The notes below the pieces were generated by a model, which saw only the letters and a program-made list of their open reading frames with translations, had not been told where the DNA came from and searched no databases. A stretch of DNA of 63,581 nucleotides, counting the filler, from Collodictyon triciliatum (lineage: Eukaryota): assembly GCA_043381765.1 (NCBI GenBank). It is 4 parts of 4 records of this genome, joined end to end, with 100 filler letters (N's around TTAATTAATTAA, not from the genome) between each part and the next. Parts side by side here need not be neighbours in the genome. Positions count along the whole stretch, not along the records: positions 12,035 to 37,785 come from JBHJMP010000788.1; positions 37,886 to 57,979 come from JBHJMP010000789.1; 2 more parts are not named here. One strand, given 5' to 3'. The position numbers were made by a program, and so were the translations under genes. Below are positions 32,534-44,612 of the stretch, in pieces. The first letter of the stretch is position 1, and the number at the start of each line of letters is the position of its first letter.

Positions 32534-35500
32534 ATGTCCTTTTGCCCGGAGGTAACTATGTGCTACCCTGCCTCCCGGCTATCCAGTTCCTGTGACCTCA
32601 CTAATCCATTACAGAGGTTCCTATCAAGTCCCTTTTTTTCTTTCTTTCTACTTCTTCCTTTTTTCTTCTTCCTTTTTTCTTCTCCCTTTTTTCTTCTCCC
32701 TTTTTTCTTCTCCCTTTTTTCTTCTCCCTTTTTTCTTCTCCCTTTTTTCTTCTCCCTTTTTTCTTCTCACTTTTTTCTTCTCACTTTTTTCTTCTCACTT
32801 TTTTCTTCTCACTTTTTTCTTCTTCTAACTTCCACTTGTACCCACCGTATTATCGTACATATCCTTACATTTGGCAAAAAAAAAAACTTTTCCATCAACA
32901 CGATAACACCAGAAAGTCGATCCCGACGGCTTAAGAAGAGTCTTCATCAACCAGAGCCACCAAAACTTGCAATATCCATCCAATGTCGTGTCAAACACAA
33001 AGTATAACATATTGACGTTCCTCCCGAAGAATCTGTATGAACAATTCAGGTGATTATTCATACTCCCATATATGATTGTACCGATGAATAATACTTACAA
33101 TAACACATGTATTAGTCGCTTTATGAATGTCTACTTTCTTCTGATTGCCTCTCTACAACTGTGGAGCGAGATTACCCCCGTCGATCCCATCTCTACTTGG
33201 GGCCCGCTTGTGTTTATATTCTCGCTCTCTGCCCTGAAAGAAGGATTAGATGATTATCAACGCTACCAGCGGGATAAGATAGCAAACGAACGCAGAGTCA
33301 CATATTACAGAGATGGTCAACTCGTTCAGGTATTTTTGATAAAGTTTTGAATATGATTAAATATCGATTGAAAAGAAGAGTATCAACTCTTTTTTATCTT
33401 TATATCCGTAAATAAATGAAACAGAAACATACGAATTAAAAAATGTGTAAATAAGGGGTGTTTATTGAAGGATGGTATTCAAAGTGCTAATTACAGTTAT
33501 GATGATAATATTAATTAATATATTAGCAAGGGCTTTCCCAAGACATCAGAGTAGGTGACATTATCCGTCTGGAAGCAGACGATGAAGTTCCATGTGATAT
33601 AGTCCTACTAAAGTCATCTGATGAAATGGGTTGTTGCTATATTCAGGTTCGTCACCATTATGTATGACATCTCTGAATTTCATGATGGTATAACCTTAAC
33701 AACAAAAACAACAACAATAATAATAATTTAGACAGCAAATATTGACGGTGAGACAGACATGAAGCAACGCTGCGCTATTGAAGCCACACAATCCTTGGAT
33801 ACTGACCAACTCTTAAACATGAGGGTATACAAATGCACCCTCCACCGTATATTCACTCCACATAAATAAAATAGTTTCAAAACACACATGCATATTTTTT
33901 TGAGAAATGTATTATTCTTATGCAGGGATCTGTCATTTGTTCAACACCGAATCCTGATGTCTATAAATTCGACTCCCAACTGATAATTGAGTCAAACCTT
34001 GAACCCTTCTCTTTGAGTTCGAAGCAAATGATACCACAAGCTACATTTCTAAAGAATGTTGAGTGTATCCATGGTGTTGTAGTCTATACAGGTACCCATG
34101 CATATCATACTTAAACGTTTGACTCAGGATAGAAATATTTTCTTCTTCTCTATTTTCTCACTTCCTTTTTTGGTGAGACTGAGTCGTAAATCATGCTTTA
34201 ATTTTGCTGGGTTCCCCCCCCCCCCCCTTTGATGAATTCTTGGCAAGCGTTCGTAATACCCAAATTATTTCAGGAAACGAAACAAAGTTGGGGCAAAATA
34301 AAGAAGTTCCCCCCACAAAATGGACAAAAATGGACAAATTCACCAATCGAATAACTACTGTTGTATTCAGTCTGCAATTTATCATATTTCTTGCTATGGG
34401 GGCTGTTGGGACAGTCTGGAAGGAAGAAGAGGCTGATAAGGTTTCATATTCTGATTATATCATTAGTAAATGATAAATAAATAAAAAAAAATACACAAAA
34501 ATATCATTGTTTTTTTTTTAGAATTAATTATTTTAATCTAATGAACCTCTACCCGTAGCATGAGTACCTAAGAAACGATCTTAATTCATCGAAAATCGAT
34601 TACGTTGTGATCCCTCTTCGATTTCTGCTATTGATGTCGTTGATGATTCCTATATCTCTGAAAGTGACCTTGGACATATGCAAATATTTCTACGCTTCCC
34701 TCATCATGAACGATGACTCCATGGTGGATATAGAGACGAAAACGTATCCTGTAGCGTCTAGGTGAGTCATTGATATCAATTATAGGAGAAGAAAAGTGTT
34801 TTGAATGCAAGCCCTAACTCCAAATCTTACAGCACGTCAATCAGCGAGGACCTTGGGCAAGTTCAATACATCTTTACCGATAAGACAGGGACTTTGACTG
34901 AAAATCTAATGCGGTTCAAGTATTGCGCAATAATCGACTTTGAGTCTTTGCAAAATTCGACTTATTGCAGCGAATTCGAAACAGACTTTGAAGAAAATAT
35001 CCTTTTTATTCAATTTACTGATAGCTATTATTTATTCAAAAAATAATCAATACAAAGACAATCTCGTTTTCTTAACTTATCGCACGCATAATCCTTTCAA
35101 ATGAGAAAGTGCATTCAAGCAGTCGACTACAAAAACTATTTCTGACCCTTTCTGTATGCAATTCGGTTATTCCCGAGTTCAAGTTTGTCAATATACTGTT
35201 GTTAGAAATATAGATTATATCCTATAGCCTTATCATATCTCTTTTATTGTATTAAGAATTGTAGTCATTTCCTCTTTTATTTCCCGTATCAGTGTTAGAT
35301 AAAGAATGAAGAAATAAAACTGTTTAAAAACTATTGAAAAATAAAAATCATTAACACATATTATTAGGCACGGAACGCTTCACTACTGCACAACATCTCC
35401 TGATGAAGAAGAACTCGTTAAAGTCGCCTCAAAATACGGAGTATCTCTAGAAAGAAGAAATAACCAATCAATGGGTGGGCGAGTATCTATAATAATGTTA

Positions 35501-37671
35501 TATTTGCTAAATTTTGCCAAATCGGCGAGGGTTGAACCTGAGAGATTTAGGATTTTAAACCCTTTTGTTAATTAATTAGAAATCAATATCGATGGGATAG
35601 TTACTAAATACGAAATACTGCAAATGTTTGACTTCAACTCGGACCTGAAAAGAATGTCCATTATTCTGAAGAACTCAGAAACCGACGAAATATCTATATT
35701 TACCAAAGGAGCAGACGAAGCTATCTTCCGCCTCTTAGACTCTTGTAAAAATAAAATGCATGCTATCTATTAGCTGCTTAATATATGCGACCTCGATTTT
35801 CGCAATAACCCTCTATTTTTCAACATTTTGTTCACTCAGATTCGCCTCTTCTAAACGGCAATACAAAATTTCACACATAAAGCTCATAGGCCATTAATTG
35901 ACCCCACACGAAGAGTTCTCGACAAGTTTGCCTCTTCTGGCCTTCGCACTCTCTGCGTAGCACATCGAACAATATCCCCGCAAGAGTATGAACACTGGCT
36001 TCCGACTTACATCGCTGCAAACTCGCAAGTGGAATCGAGAGAGGTTTACATTTTTGAAATCTATGTTCAAAATAAATATTTTGATATTTTTTTCATGCAA
36101 TATCTTGCGGTTTCATTAAGTCATTTCATGTATCTAATACTTGGGCAGAAATTTTATGTGAAACCTTCTCCTAAAACATCGCATAATGATTCATATTCTT
36201 ATAGAAAGCCGTAGAGGCATGTCGTTTTGCAATCGAAAAGAGACTTTTACTTGATGGGGTGACTGCTATTGAAGATAAACTACAGGAAGGTGTCCCACAG
36301 ACCATTCACGCCCTCAGAGAAGCTGGTTTAGTGTTTTGGATGCTTACAGGAGACAAACTTAGTACAGCATTGCAGATTGCAAATTCGTGCTCTCTTATCT
36401 TTCCAGGTACATGCTATCACGGTTATTAATTCATTTGTCTTATTGAAAAGGGGAAAAACTTACGCTTCCAACTTTTCCGTTTTCATCCTTCTTATGTTGG
36501 AAAGATGAAAAGATTGTAACCATATCGGGCACTTCATATAACCGTGTCAAGCCTCAATTGGAGGACTTGCTTTCTGATATTGATTCTAATGTCAGGGTAA
36601 TTGCTAAAGCCATTTTCACTTACGTACAAAATACTCGTACATTTTTAAAGTTTTTTTTTTGTATTTCCTCTTGCATTTTATTTATTTTATTTTTGCAGAT
36701 GTCTTATTCTGATGTAAATTACAATACAGGATTATGCACTTATCATCGAAGGCTCATCTTTGCAAGTTGTTCTTCGTCATCCAGAGACAAAGGACATGTT
36801 CCTTCGTGGTTGTGGATATGCAAATTCTGTTATTTGTTGCCGCGTTACCCCAAAACAAAAAGCTGAAGTATGTTGGATGCCAAATTAAATATATATGGTA
36901 CTACTATGTTGTAATTGCGCTTTTATGTAGGTTGTCTTGTTGATAAAAAATCTCGGGTTTATAACGCTTGCCATTGGCGATGGAGGTAATGATGTGAGTA
37001 TGATTCAACAAGCCCACGTAGGTGTTGCTGTCTTGGGGCGTGAGGGAAAGCAGGCATCTAGGGCTGCAGATTACACCATTTCAAGTTGATACATTTGCAC
37101 CAATATGAATAATAGCCATTTCATATCCATTTTTTAGTTTTTTTTTATTTTTTACTTTATTTTTTAGTTTATTTTTTAGTTTTTTAATTCATAGAGCCAA
37201 CTTTCTCACGTGAATAGAATGTTGACATGTTTCAAAATAATTCTTTTCATAGAATTCCGATTCCTGCGAAGGTTGATGTTTGTTCATGGGAGACTATCAT
37301 GCTATCGAACTTCTTTTATCACACAGTATAGCTTTTACAAATCCCTCATCATCGGATTCATACAAGTGAGGTATGTTGTTTCTTACGCAAAAATTATTCG
37401 AGCACCATGAGCGAGTTTCTATTTTGATTTTGCTATGGTACTAATTTACTACTACCACTACTTTGACTTTTCTTTAAAATTTGGCCATATACACTAGCTA
37501 CGGGTATTACAGTGCTTTCTCTGGGACCAGCTTCTTCAACTCATTCTGCTTGACAGCATATAACATTCTATTCACAGGAATTCCAATATTCTTTTTCTGT
37601 ATTGACCGAGATGTGTCACTCAACACCATGGAATCAGACCCAAAGTATTATCAGGATAGCTCTAAGAGCAC
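32534..37671 (+). CDS. P4-ATPase phospholipid flippase, ALA2-like, 3'-partial
   Basis: [60 protein letters not shown]. Truncated at the spacer. Confidence 0.93.
34997..35085 (+). other. U12-type AT-AC intron in the P4-ATPase gene
   Basis: 5' ATATCCTTT, branch TTTCTTAAC (35068-35076), 3' CAC. Restores the frame into [14 protein letters not shown]. Confidence 0.88.
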
Positions 37672-37785
37672 GTGAGTTAATCAAGTGGGATGATGTCTCG
37701 CTACTAGCATTCTCTTTCTTTTCTTTTCTTTTTTTTTTTTTTTTAAATAAATGAAATTTTTATAAATAAAAAAAAAATTTATTTT

Positions 37786-37885
37786 NNNNNNNNNNNNNNN
37801 NNNNNNNNNNNNNNNNNNNNNNNNNNNNNTTAATTAATTAANNNNNNNNNNNNNNNNNNNNNNNNNNNNNNNNNNNNNNNNNNNN
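37786..37885. other. Artificial contig spacer (TTAATTAATTAA in Ns)
   Basis: Same 100-nt linker; the P4-ATPase is cut off here. Confidence 0.9.
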
Positions 37886-39623
37886 GTGGGAGCGCAAGTT
37901 CGTGTCCGCGCCGATTTTAGACAGTAGGGCGGGTAGTCCAAGGGGTTCTCTGTATTCTTTGCTTACTGATCGAGACCCGCAGGCTAAGGACAAATCATGG
38001 CACAACTGTTGCCGGACACTGGGGTGTTTCTTTTGTCTATTCTTATTCCTTTTCGGCCAGGGATTAAGAGAGTAGGAAGGAAGGAAGGAAGGAAGGGAAG
38101 CAGCGCGGGAAAGTAGACTATTATGTATTCAGCGCCTGGCTGTGGATTATCGAAACGTGTCTCTTATGCCCTAGCGAGAGACAAGCGCAGGAAATAGAAA
38201 ACACATCTTCAACGCGCTTATGGGTAGTAAAAAGTTCACGCTCCTGCGACGAACTTTGGTATCCTGAAAGCTGGCACACTATTCTCCGTACTTTTTTACC
38301 AACAACAGAGAGCGTACTCCGGCGCCTGCCTTGCGTCTGCTGCGAAGCCATACTTTGTGACAGTTTACTTGGACTGTGCTAAGTGATTCAGGCTTGGAGA
38401 CCCTAGGCGGCAATATATATCGCGGTTTGATCTGGGTGAGTTTATGTGGTGAAGGTAGGGTCAAATAAATCCGCATTTCTGCATGTTTTCAGTGAAACCT
38501 GCTATTTTTGCAAAAGTCGCTGCTCATAGGGAATGTGCTGGAATCGAACACACTGCCACTTATTCAGGCTGTTGTGACGAGGCTTTTGATTGTCTGCTGC
38601 TCTGCAGCGCATCACAGAATTAGCCGCGCAAGTGTTTCTTCTCGTTTTGCCTTGTGGTCGATGAGCTCACCCCATCTTTCGGAGAAATGAACCTGGAAAC
38701 AGCTGTTTTCAATGAAGGGAAACCGATTTTCGAAATTTTGAAAGAAAAAAAAAAGGACACGAAGGTGACACAAGCAACCGCCAGCGTTCTGTCACCAGCA
38801 GGGATGAATCAGCTTTACGGAGCCGGTTGTTAATGAGGCGAGTGCGCTGTTTGGCTGTAGGTCTGCAGGGCTTGTGATTGGAGGAAGCGGGCGTGGGGGG
38901 CGTAAGTTTGTGGGTAGATAGTCAGATGTGTGCGTGTGTGAAGAAAGAGAGTGATAGTGAGAGGCACCCACAGCCGTACTCGTTCCGGAGGAATACCATG
39001 GCTGGAAGAGTGCGGCTCCACTCGGGTCAGGGTCTTTCTGTGGCTGTATGTTTATTGATCTCCGAGTTCTACAGTGGTTGTTCGGAGATGGGAGGGTCGT
39101 AGAGAGTCGCAGACGAGTTGCGTGCTTCATAAGTTGAAAAGGCAATTGCCACAGCAGACAAGGAGTACGTGGGTGGCTGAGGATGAAGGGAGGGAATCAG
39201 AGTTTAGAGAAGCTGGTGGAGAGAGAGAGCTACAAAGTGCGTGTGCTGTTCGAGGTAGAAGACTGGGCTTTTTGTGACGGCGCAGTTACAGCCAGAACGA
39301 TCGGCACGTATACCGTGAAAGTGAACCTTGGGGTGAAAACCGTGGGGGGAGGAAGAGGTAGGGGGCTGCGTCTGCTGTTGCGGATTAGACTGTGGTCGTG
39401 AGGGCCAGGCGGCGGGCTGCTAGCGCGGTTTTCAGCTGGGAGGCTTGGACAACCACCCAGCAACAGGTGGGGCGCCTTTGCAGCCAGGCCCTGGTTTTTA
39501 CGCGGCCGGGCTCTGGTTGCATAAAGGCCGCGGTAGCGTGTGGGAGTGTTTCAGGCGTGCGCGTGTGTGTGTGTCAGTCTGTTCGGTTCTACCAACAAAC
39601 GTGTCTGTGCACTTTGTTGCGTC

Positions 39624-40100
39624 TCACAAGTGAATAACTTTCTGTCCGACAACAAGGGGGTTCTGGCGAGAGAGCTCCTCACGTTCGTACGTCCTGTAAT
39701 CGAAGGTGCACTCGTGTTTCTCTGCGTGGCGGTGCTCGCTGCAATAGTGGCCTTCGCAGCGGCATTGAAAGCCAGCAAGGCCGACACGCTTCTGACATTT
39801 GCCGCATTTCTTGGCCGTAGCGGTGCGATGGACTGGGGCGGGCGAGACAGCCTCGACCATACCAAGACCGCGGGGAGCCTTTGCGTGCAGTCCCAGGATA
39901 AGGTCCACGTTGACCTCGACGTCGGAGTCGGACTCGGATAGGGCAAGAGGGCGAGCACGGAGTCTGGGTTGGTGGAGCTTCATGATCGCGTCGTAGCAGG
40001 TTGGGCAGAAGTGGGCAAAGGGCTCGGGAGGCAGGTTCGGGTTGTTCGAGCACTTGCTGGTGCAGTTGGTGGGGTATTCGGGGTTCATCATTTCGGACAT
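39624..40100 (-). CDS. AN1-type zinc finger protein (ZFAND5/6, SAP-like) with degenerate A20-like N-terminal Cys cluster; intronless
   Basis: CGKCQKRVGLAGFQCRCEGHYCSEHRHAEKHECTFDY..NPLVVGQK. Confidence 0.92.
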   Translation of the reverse strand: MSEMMNPEYPTNCTSKCSNNPNLPPEPFAHFCPTCYDAIMKLHQPRLRARPLALSESDSDVEVNVDLILGLHAKAPRGLGMVEAVSPAPVHRTATAKKCGKCQKRVGLAGFQCRCEGHYCSEHRHAEKHECTFDYRTYEREELSRQNPLVVGQKVIHL

Positions 40101-40958
40101 GGCGTTGGCGGGTTTGTGTGGTGGTTGGGTTCGAGGCGGGTTGGTGCTGCTTCTCGAAGGCTTGGGCTTGTGTGTAGTGTGCGTTGTCCTTGGGGAGGTG
40201 TTCCGGATTGCTGGGATATATATTTATGGTTTAGTAAGAGGAAGGCAATCGCAAAGAGAGTCGCTGCAGGTCAACGCTTTCAAGCTATATACCCCTCGGC
40301 TGCTGCCAACCGTTTGAAAATGGGCTATAATCCTAGGCGGAAGGTTTTCGGTGAGTGATTTTGCGCTTATGAGCGGACAAAAAATCCGCAATTTTATTGG
40401 CGGCTAAAGCAGGACAGAACAACAAAGATGGTGGATTTCCTTTTGTGGCTTCTGAGATTGGTGTGGTCGGAGGGTGGAAGGTTACAAGGAAATGCGGCAG
40501 TGCTTCGTAAATCTCAGCTGAGGGAAAACAAAACCCCTTCGAGAGACTTTGTCATGGCACGTATCCGTGTCTTTCCTCTAATTCCTTCCCCACTCTCCTC
40601 TCCGCCCAACACGAGGCAGATGCATACATCAGTGGTTTATCGAAGGGACTTGAGGCTTTCCCGAAGTGGTTTGAAATGGCCCAAGCCGAGCCGTCAGAAA
40701 GGGGGAACAGAGCCCGATGAGACGAGGGCTGAGTACACAAGCGGGGTATAGATAGGAGAAGGATACTGGGAATGCAACTTACATTTATCACCCATGATGC
40801 ACGCCATTATCAACTCAAAGAGAGAGAGAGAGAGGAGGTCATTTATCTTTCTTTACTTCCTTCCAATTCCTCTTCCTCTATTTTGTCTCATGATTGCTGG
40901 TTTTCTTTTTCTTCCTTATTCCTCCTTCCTCTCTTTGAGTTGCATTCGTATTCGCTTT

Positions 40959-42314
40959 CTACAACAAGGATGCGCAATGAGCAACCCGAATCTTGGACTC
41001 TATGTTTTCGCGGCACACGGGGCACTTTGCAAGCTTAATGGAGCAGTCCATGCAGGCGCACATGTGAGCGCAAGGGAAGAAGGCGATGACGGCGGGGTCT
41101 GCGATGCAGACGCAGCACTCCTTGACGTCGGGCAGCAGGGCGGGGCGCGTGGGGTGGGAGGGGATGTAGTCGGCGAGCCCGTCGGCGGTGCGCGCGGGGA
41201 GGAGCGGGAGGGTGCGGCGGGCGTGGTAGAGCAGGGTGCGGAGCTGGTGGGGCAGGCGGGCGAGGGGCGGGAAGACGTGGACCCAGTCGGCGGGCGAGAC
41301 GAGGGGGAGGAGGGGCGGGGCGAGGCCGTGGGCAGCCAGCCGCGCGGCGATGTCGTGGGCCGGCAGCGACGGCAGCAGCGCGCCAAGGGCGTCGACCAGG
41401 GCGTGCTCGGAGGCCCAGTTTGTGCGGCCGGCCAGCTGCGCGAGACCCGCCGCGGGGCGCACCAGCCCGCAGCATACGGCACACAGCTGCTCCCACCGCA
41501 GCCGCTCGCCGACGCCCATGCGCCCTGCCACTGCCCGCGCGCCCACCAGCCGGCCCAGATCCAGACGCGGATCCAGATCCAGACGCGGATCCAGATGCAG
41601 CAGCGGATGCGCCACCGCCACGCCACGCAGCGCCTGCAGCCCGGCCCCCAGCCCCAGGCTCCGCCCCGCCTCCGCGCACTCCCGCACCGTCCACTGCGCC
41701 GGCGGCCCGTGCGGGGCGAGGCGGGCGAGCAGCTGCGTCATCTCGGCGTCTGTGCGCCGGTGGCGGCCGGGCGCGTGCATCCAGACCTCTGCGCTGGGCG
41801 GCGCGGCCCCCGGCAGGTGGATGGAGACGAGCCCGTCGGGCCAGACCACGGCCGCCCCGCCCCGCATGGGCCACAGCCGCCCCGCCGCAACCGCGATGCC
41901 GTCCACGCATGCGCCCTGCGCCCCCGCACACGCCTCGCCTGGCCCGTCCGCCTCCGCGTCTGGCCCGTCCACGCCCGCGTCTGGTCCGTCCGCCTCCGCG
42001 TCTGCAGCCGCAGCCCCCGCCCGGTACACAAGGCGGCCCCCCGCGACTGCCCCGCGCCACACCAGGCCGCCGTCTGCGTCCAGCCACTGGGCCACGTGCA
42101 CAGGCACCGCCGCGCCAAAGACGCCCGGCCGCGAAAAGATGTGTCCGGTCGGCTCGCGCCACCGGTGGATGGTCAGCGTCTCGGAGGCCACCAGCAGCAG
42201 GTGATGCCGCCCCGTCCCCGCCTCGAACCCGTGCGCCACCAGCCGCACCTGCTCGTCCTCTCGCCCGATCCCCGGCACCAGCAGCGGCTCCTCGCAGTCT
42301 GTTGCGCTCTGCAT
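40959..42314 (-). CDS. C-terminal RING-HC (IAP/C3HC4_3-type) putative E3 ligase; intronless, very GC-rich
   Basis: CCVCIADPAVIAFFPCAHMCACMDCSIKLAKCPVCRENI. First ATG at 42314. Confidence 0.8.
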   Translation of the reverse strand: MQSATDCEEPLLVPGIGREDEQVRLVAHGFEAGTGRHHLLLVASETLTIHRWREPTGHIFSRPGVFGAAVPVHVAQWLDADGGLVWRGAVAGGRLVYRAGAAAADAEADGPDAGVDGPDAEADGPGEACAGAQGACVDGIAVAAGRLWPMRGGAAVVWPDGLVSIHLPGAAPPSAEVWMHAPGRHRRTDAEMTQLLARLAPHGPPAQWTVRECAEAGRSLGLGAGLQALRGVAVAHPLLHLDPRLDLDPRLDLGRLVGARAVAGRMGVGERLRWEQLCAVCCGLVRPAAGLAQLAGRTNWASEHALVDALGALLPSLPAHDIAARLAAHGLAPPLLPLVSPADWVHVFPPLARLPHQLRTLLYHARRTLPLLPARTADGLADYIPSHPTRPALLPDVKECCVCIADPAVIAFFPCAHMCACMDCSIKLAKCPVCRENIESKIRVAHCASLL

Positions 42315-42497
42315 CGCCCGCTGTTTGCCTGCACGTGTTTGATCACTTTGATCACTTTGATCGCTTTGATCCCTTTGATCTCTTTGATTGCTGTGATTCG
42401 GCAAACGTGGGCACGCGGCGCCAGCTGCAGGCTTTATTCCCGGTGGCGTGGAGGGGAAAGAAGACGGGAGGAGGAAAGGGAAGGCGCAGTCTCGGGG

Positions 42498-44570
42498 CTA
42501 GAAGAAGGACAGGACGGAGTCCACAGAGAGGGCGCCCTTGCCGTCCGGATCGAGTGCGCGGCAGACGGTCAGCGTCTCCTGTGGGTGGTTTGTGAGTCTG
42601 TGGATCTGTGGATCTGTAAGTCTGTCGAAGCAGCGGCTGCTTACGTGGTCTGTGATGCCCGGCAGAACTTCGCGGAAGGCCGCGCGCACTTGCTGGTATG
42701 TGACGGAGCCCGTCCGCAGTTTGTCCTGCTTGGTCACCGCCTGCTGGATGGCCTCCCGTGACTTCGCAGCCTGCCTCAGCGAGTTGATGACTCTGTTGGG
42801 AGGTGTGGGGTGTGTTGAGAAAAGAGAAAGAGGAGAAAAAAATCGTGGTGTGCGGCTGTGTGGATTCGTACTGGTCGATGTCACTCTTGGGAAACTCAGA
42901 TGGGTGCTGCTCCATGTACGTGAGGGCGTATTCATCCGCTTGCAGAAGCTGCAGTGTGTGTCCAAAGAATGCCAACTGACCTCCTACAAATAAGTCGTCT
43001 CCTCCTGTGATAAGGCAGAGTGAATGATTTGTCTCGTAGTGTGTCTTGCTTTGGTTCATTTTGTTATTTTCTTGTTCTTTTTTTTTTTTTGTTTTTTCGT
43101 TAAAAAAGAAAAATGAGTGTTATCAACATAATCACAAATAAAGTGGATTTCTTTTTGAAGAAAAAAAGGTATCTATTGAATCCACAATATCAATGGCTGT
43201 ATGAATTGGTCGAGAAATCCTGGTGGTCTGAATAATGTGTGTTTGTTGCAAGGGCTACCCTTGACGCTGTCGAGTACACTCACGTATGTGTCGATTCCCA
43301 CTCGGGTGCTTCAGCTTCATGCGCTCAAGGAATTTCCCTCCGGTCACCCCGGAGTTCTTTTGTGGTGGCTCAAACACACTGATGGTATCGTCCTGGAGGT
43401 AATAACTCACAACAAAACGACGGTCCTGGAGGGAAAATAGTTTTTATCAGCTCAATCTCATGCATATACTCATTATTATCTTTTGATACACCCCTCATAA
43501 TAAAGGTACGTCTAGTTACAATTATGATTTTTCTTTTTTTCTTTTTCTTTTTTTCTTTTTTCTTTTTTTCTTTTTTTCTTTTTTTCTTTTTTTCTTTTTT
43601 TCTTTTTTTCTTTTTTTCTTTTTTTCTTTTTTTCTTTTTTCTTTTTCTTTGTGTATTGGTCTTGATAATACACTCAGATTTGGTGTTGGGATTTCAAAAA
43701 AGTACATCATTCTTTGATTTCTTCTACAAACTTTCTTGATATAATTAAATGTCTTACGAAATCTTCGGGCACTCTGGAAATCAACTTGGCCAGATATCGC
43801 AGCACTTTGTGGTCCTTGGTAATCAGTTTAACCATGTCCTTGCGTGGTGGCTTCGGCATCAAAAGCAAACAATTCCTAAAGTGCGTTCATTCATCAACAT
43901 TCCGTATATTTTTATTAAATAACAATAATAAAATTCCTTCACATAATTAAGAATCCTAGTATGTTTTTCGCATTTACTTTTCACACTACCCATTAGGCAA
44001 CTGGCAATAGCATGAGAGAAAGAGAAGAAAATAGAAATGAATATGATATGTGAATGGGAAAGGAAATATTGATGCGGTGGATACTTACCCGATAGTGTCC
44101 TCTTCATTTCCGAAGCCATTATACGGTGGTAGTGCAGGTGCTGTTTCAATCCCACCGTTATCATCCCAAGTGTGCTCCACAAGAGGAACCATGTCGCGAT
44201 CCATTTTTTGATAGAAACTCCGTGTGAACTGGTCACAATCATGGCTGCGCAAAGTTCAGACCAAAGCCGATGAGTGAATAAGGATTTTGAAAGGCATAAG
44301 TGAGGATAAATGCTTCTTCCTTTTTTTTTCAAAAATGAACTTTTGATAGCTCTTAAAGTTTGTTTTGTTGTTTTGTTGTTGTTGTTTTGTTGTTGTTGTT
44401 TTGTTGTTGTTGTTTTGTTGTTGTTGTTGTTGTTGTTTTGTTGTTGTTGTTTTGTTGTTGTTGTTGTTGTTGTTTTGTTGTTGTTGTTTTGTTGTTGTTG
44501 TTGTTGTTGTTGTTTTGTTGTTGTTGTTTTGTTGTTGTTGTTTTGTTGTTGTTGTTTTGTTGTTGTTGTT

Positions 44571-44612
<42 letters not shown>

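Noticed and set aside
31096-32534. Long ORFs through N gaps and simple repeats (also 1265-1690, 4034-4785, 25288-26403, 44256-44946)
   Set aside because: Artefacts of N runs and microsatellites.
32859-32868. ATATCCTTAC inside P4-ATPase intron 1
   Set aside because: No upstream acceptor or exon and no U12 branch site; the GT-AG model is already in frame.
34744-34751. GTATCCTG, a U12-like donor in the P4-ATPase
   Set aside because: It is exonic (KTYPVAS). The real donor is the downstream GTGAGT, which restores [10 protein letters not shown].
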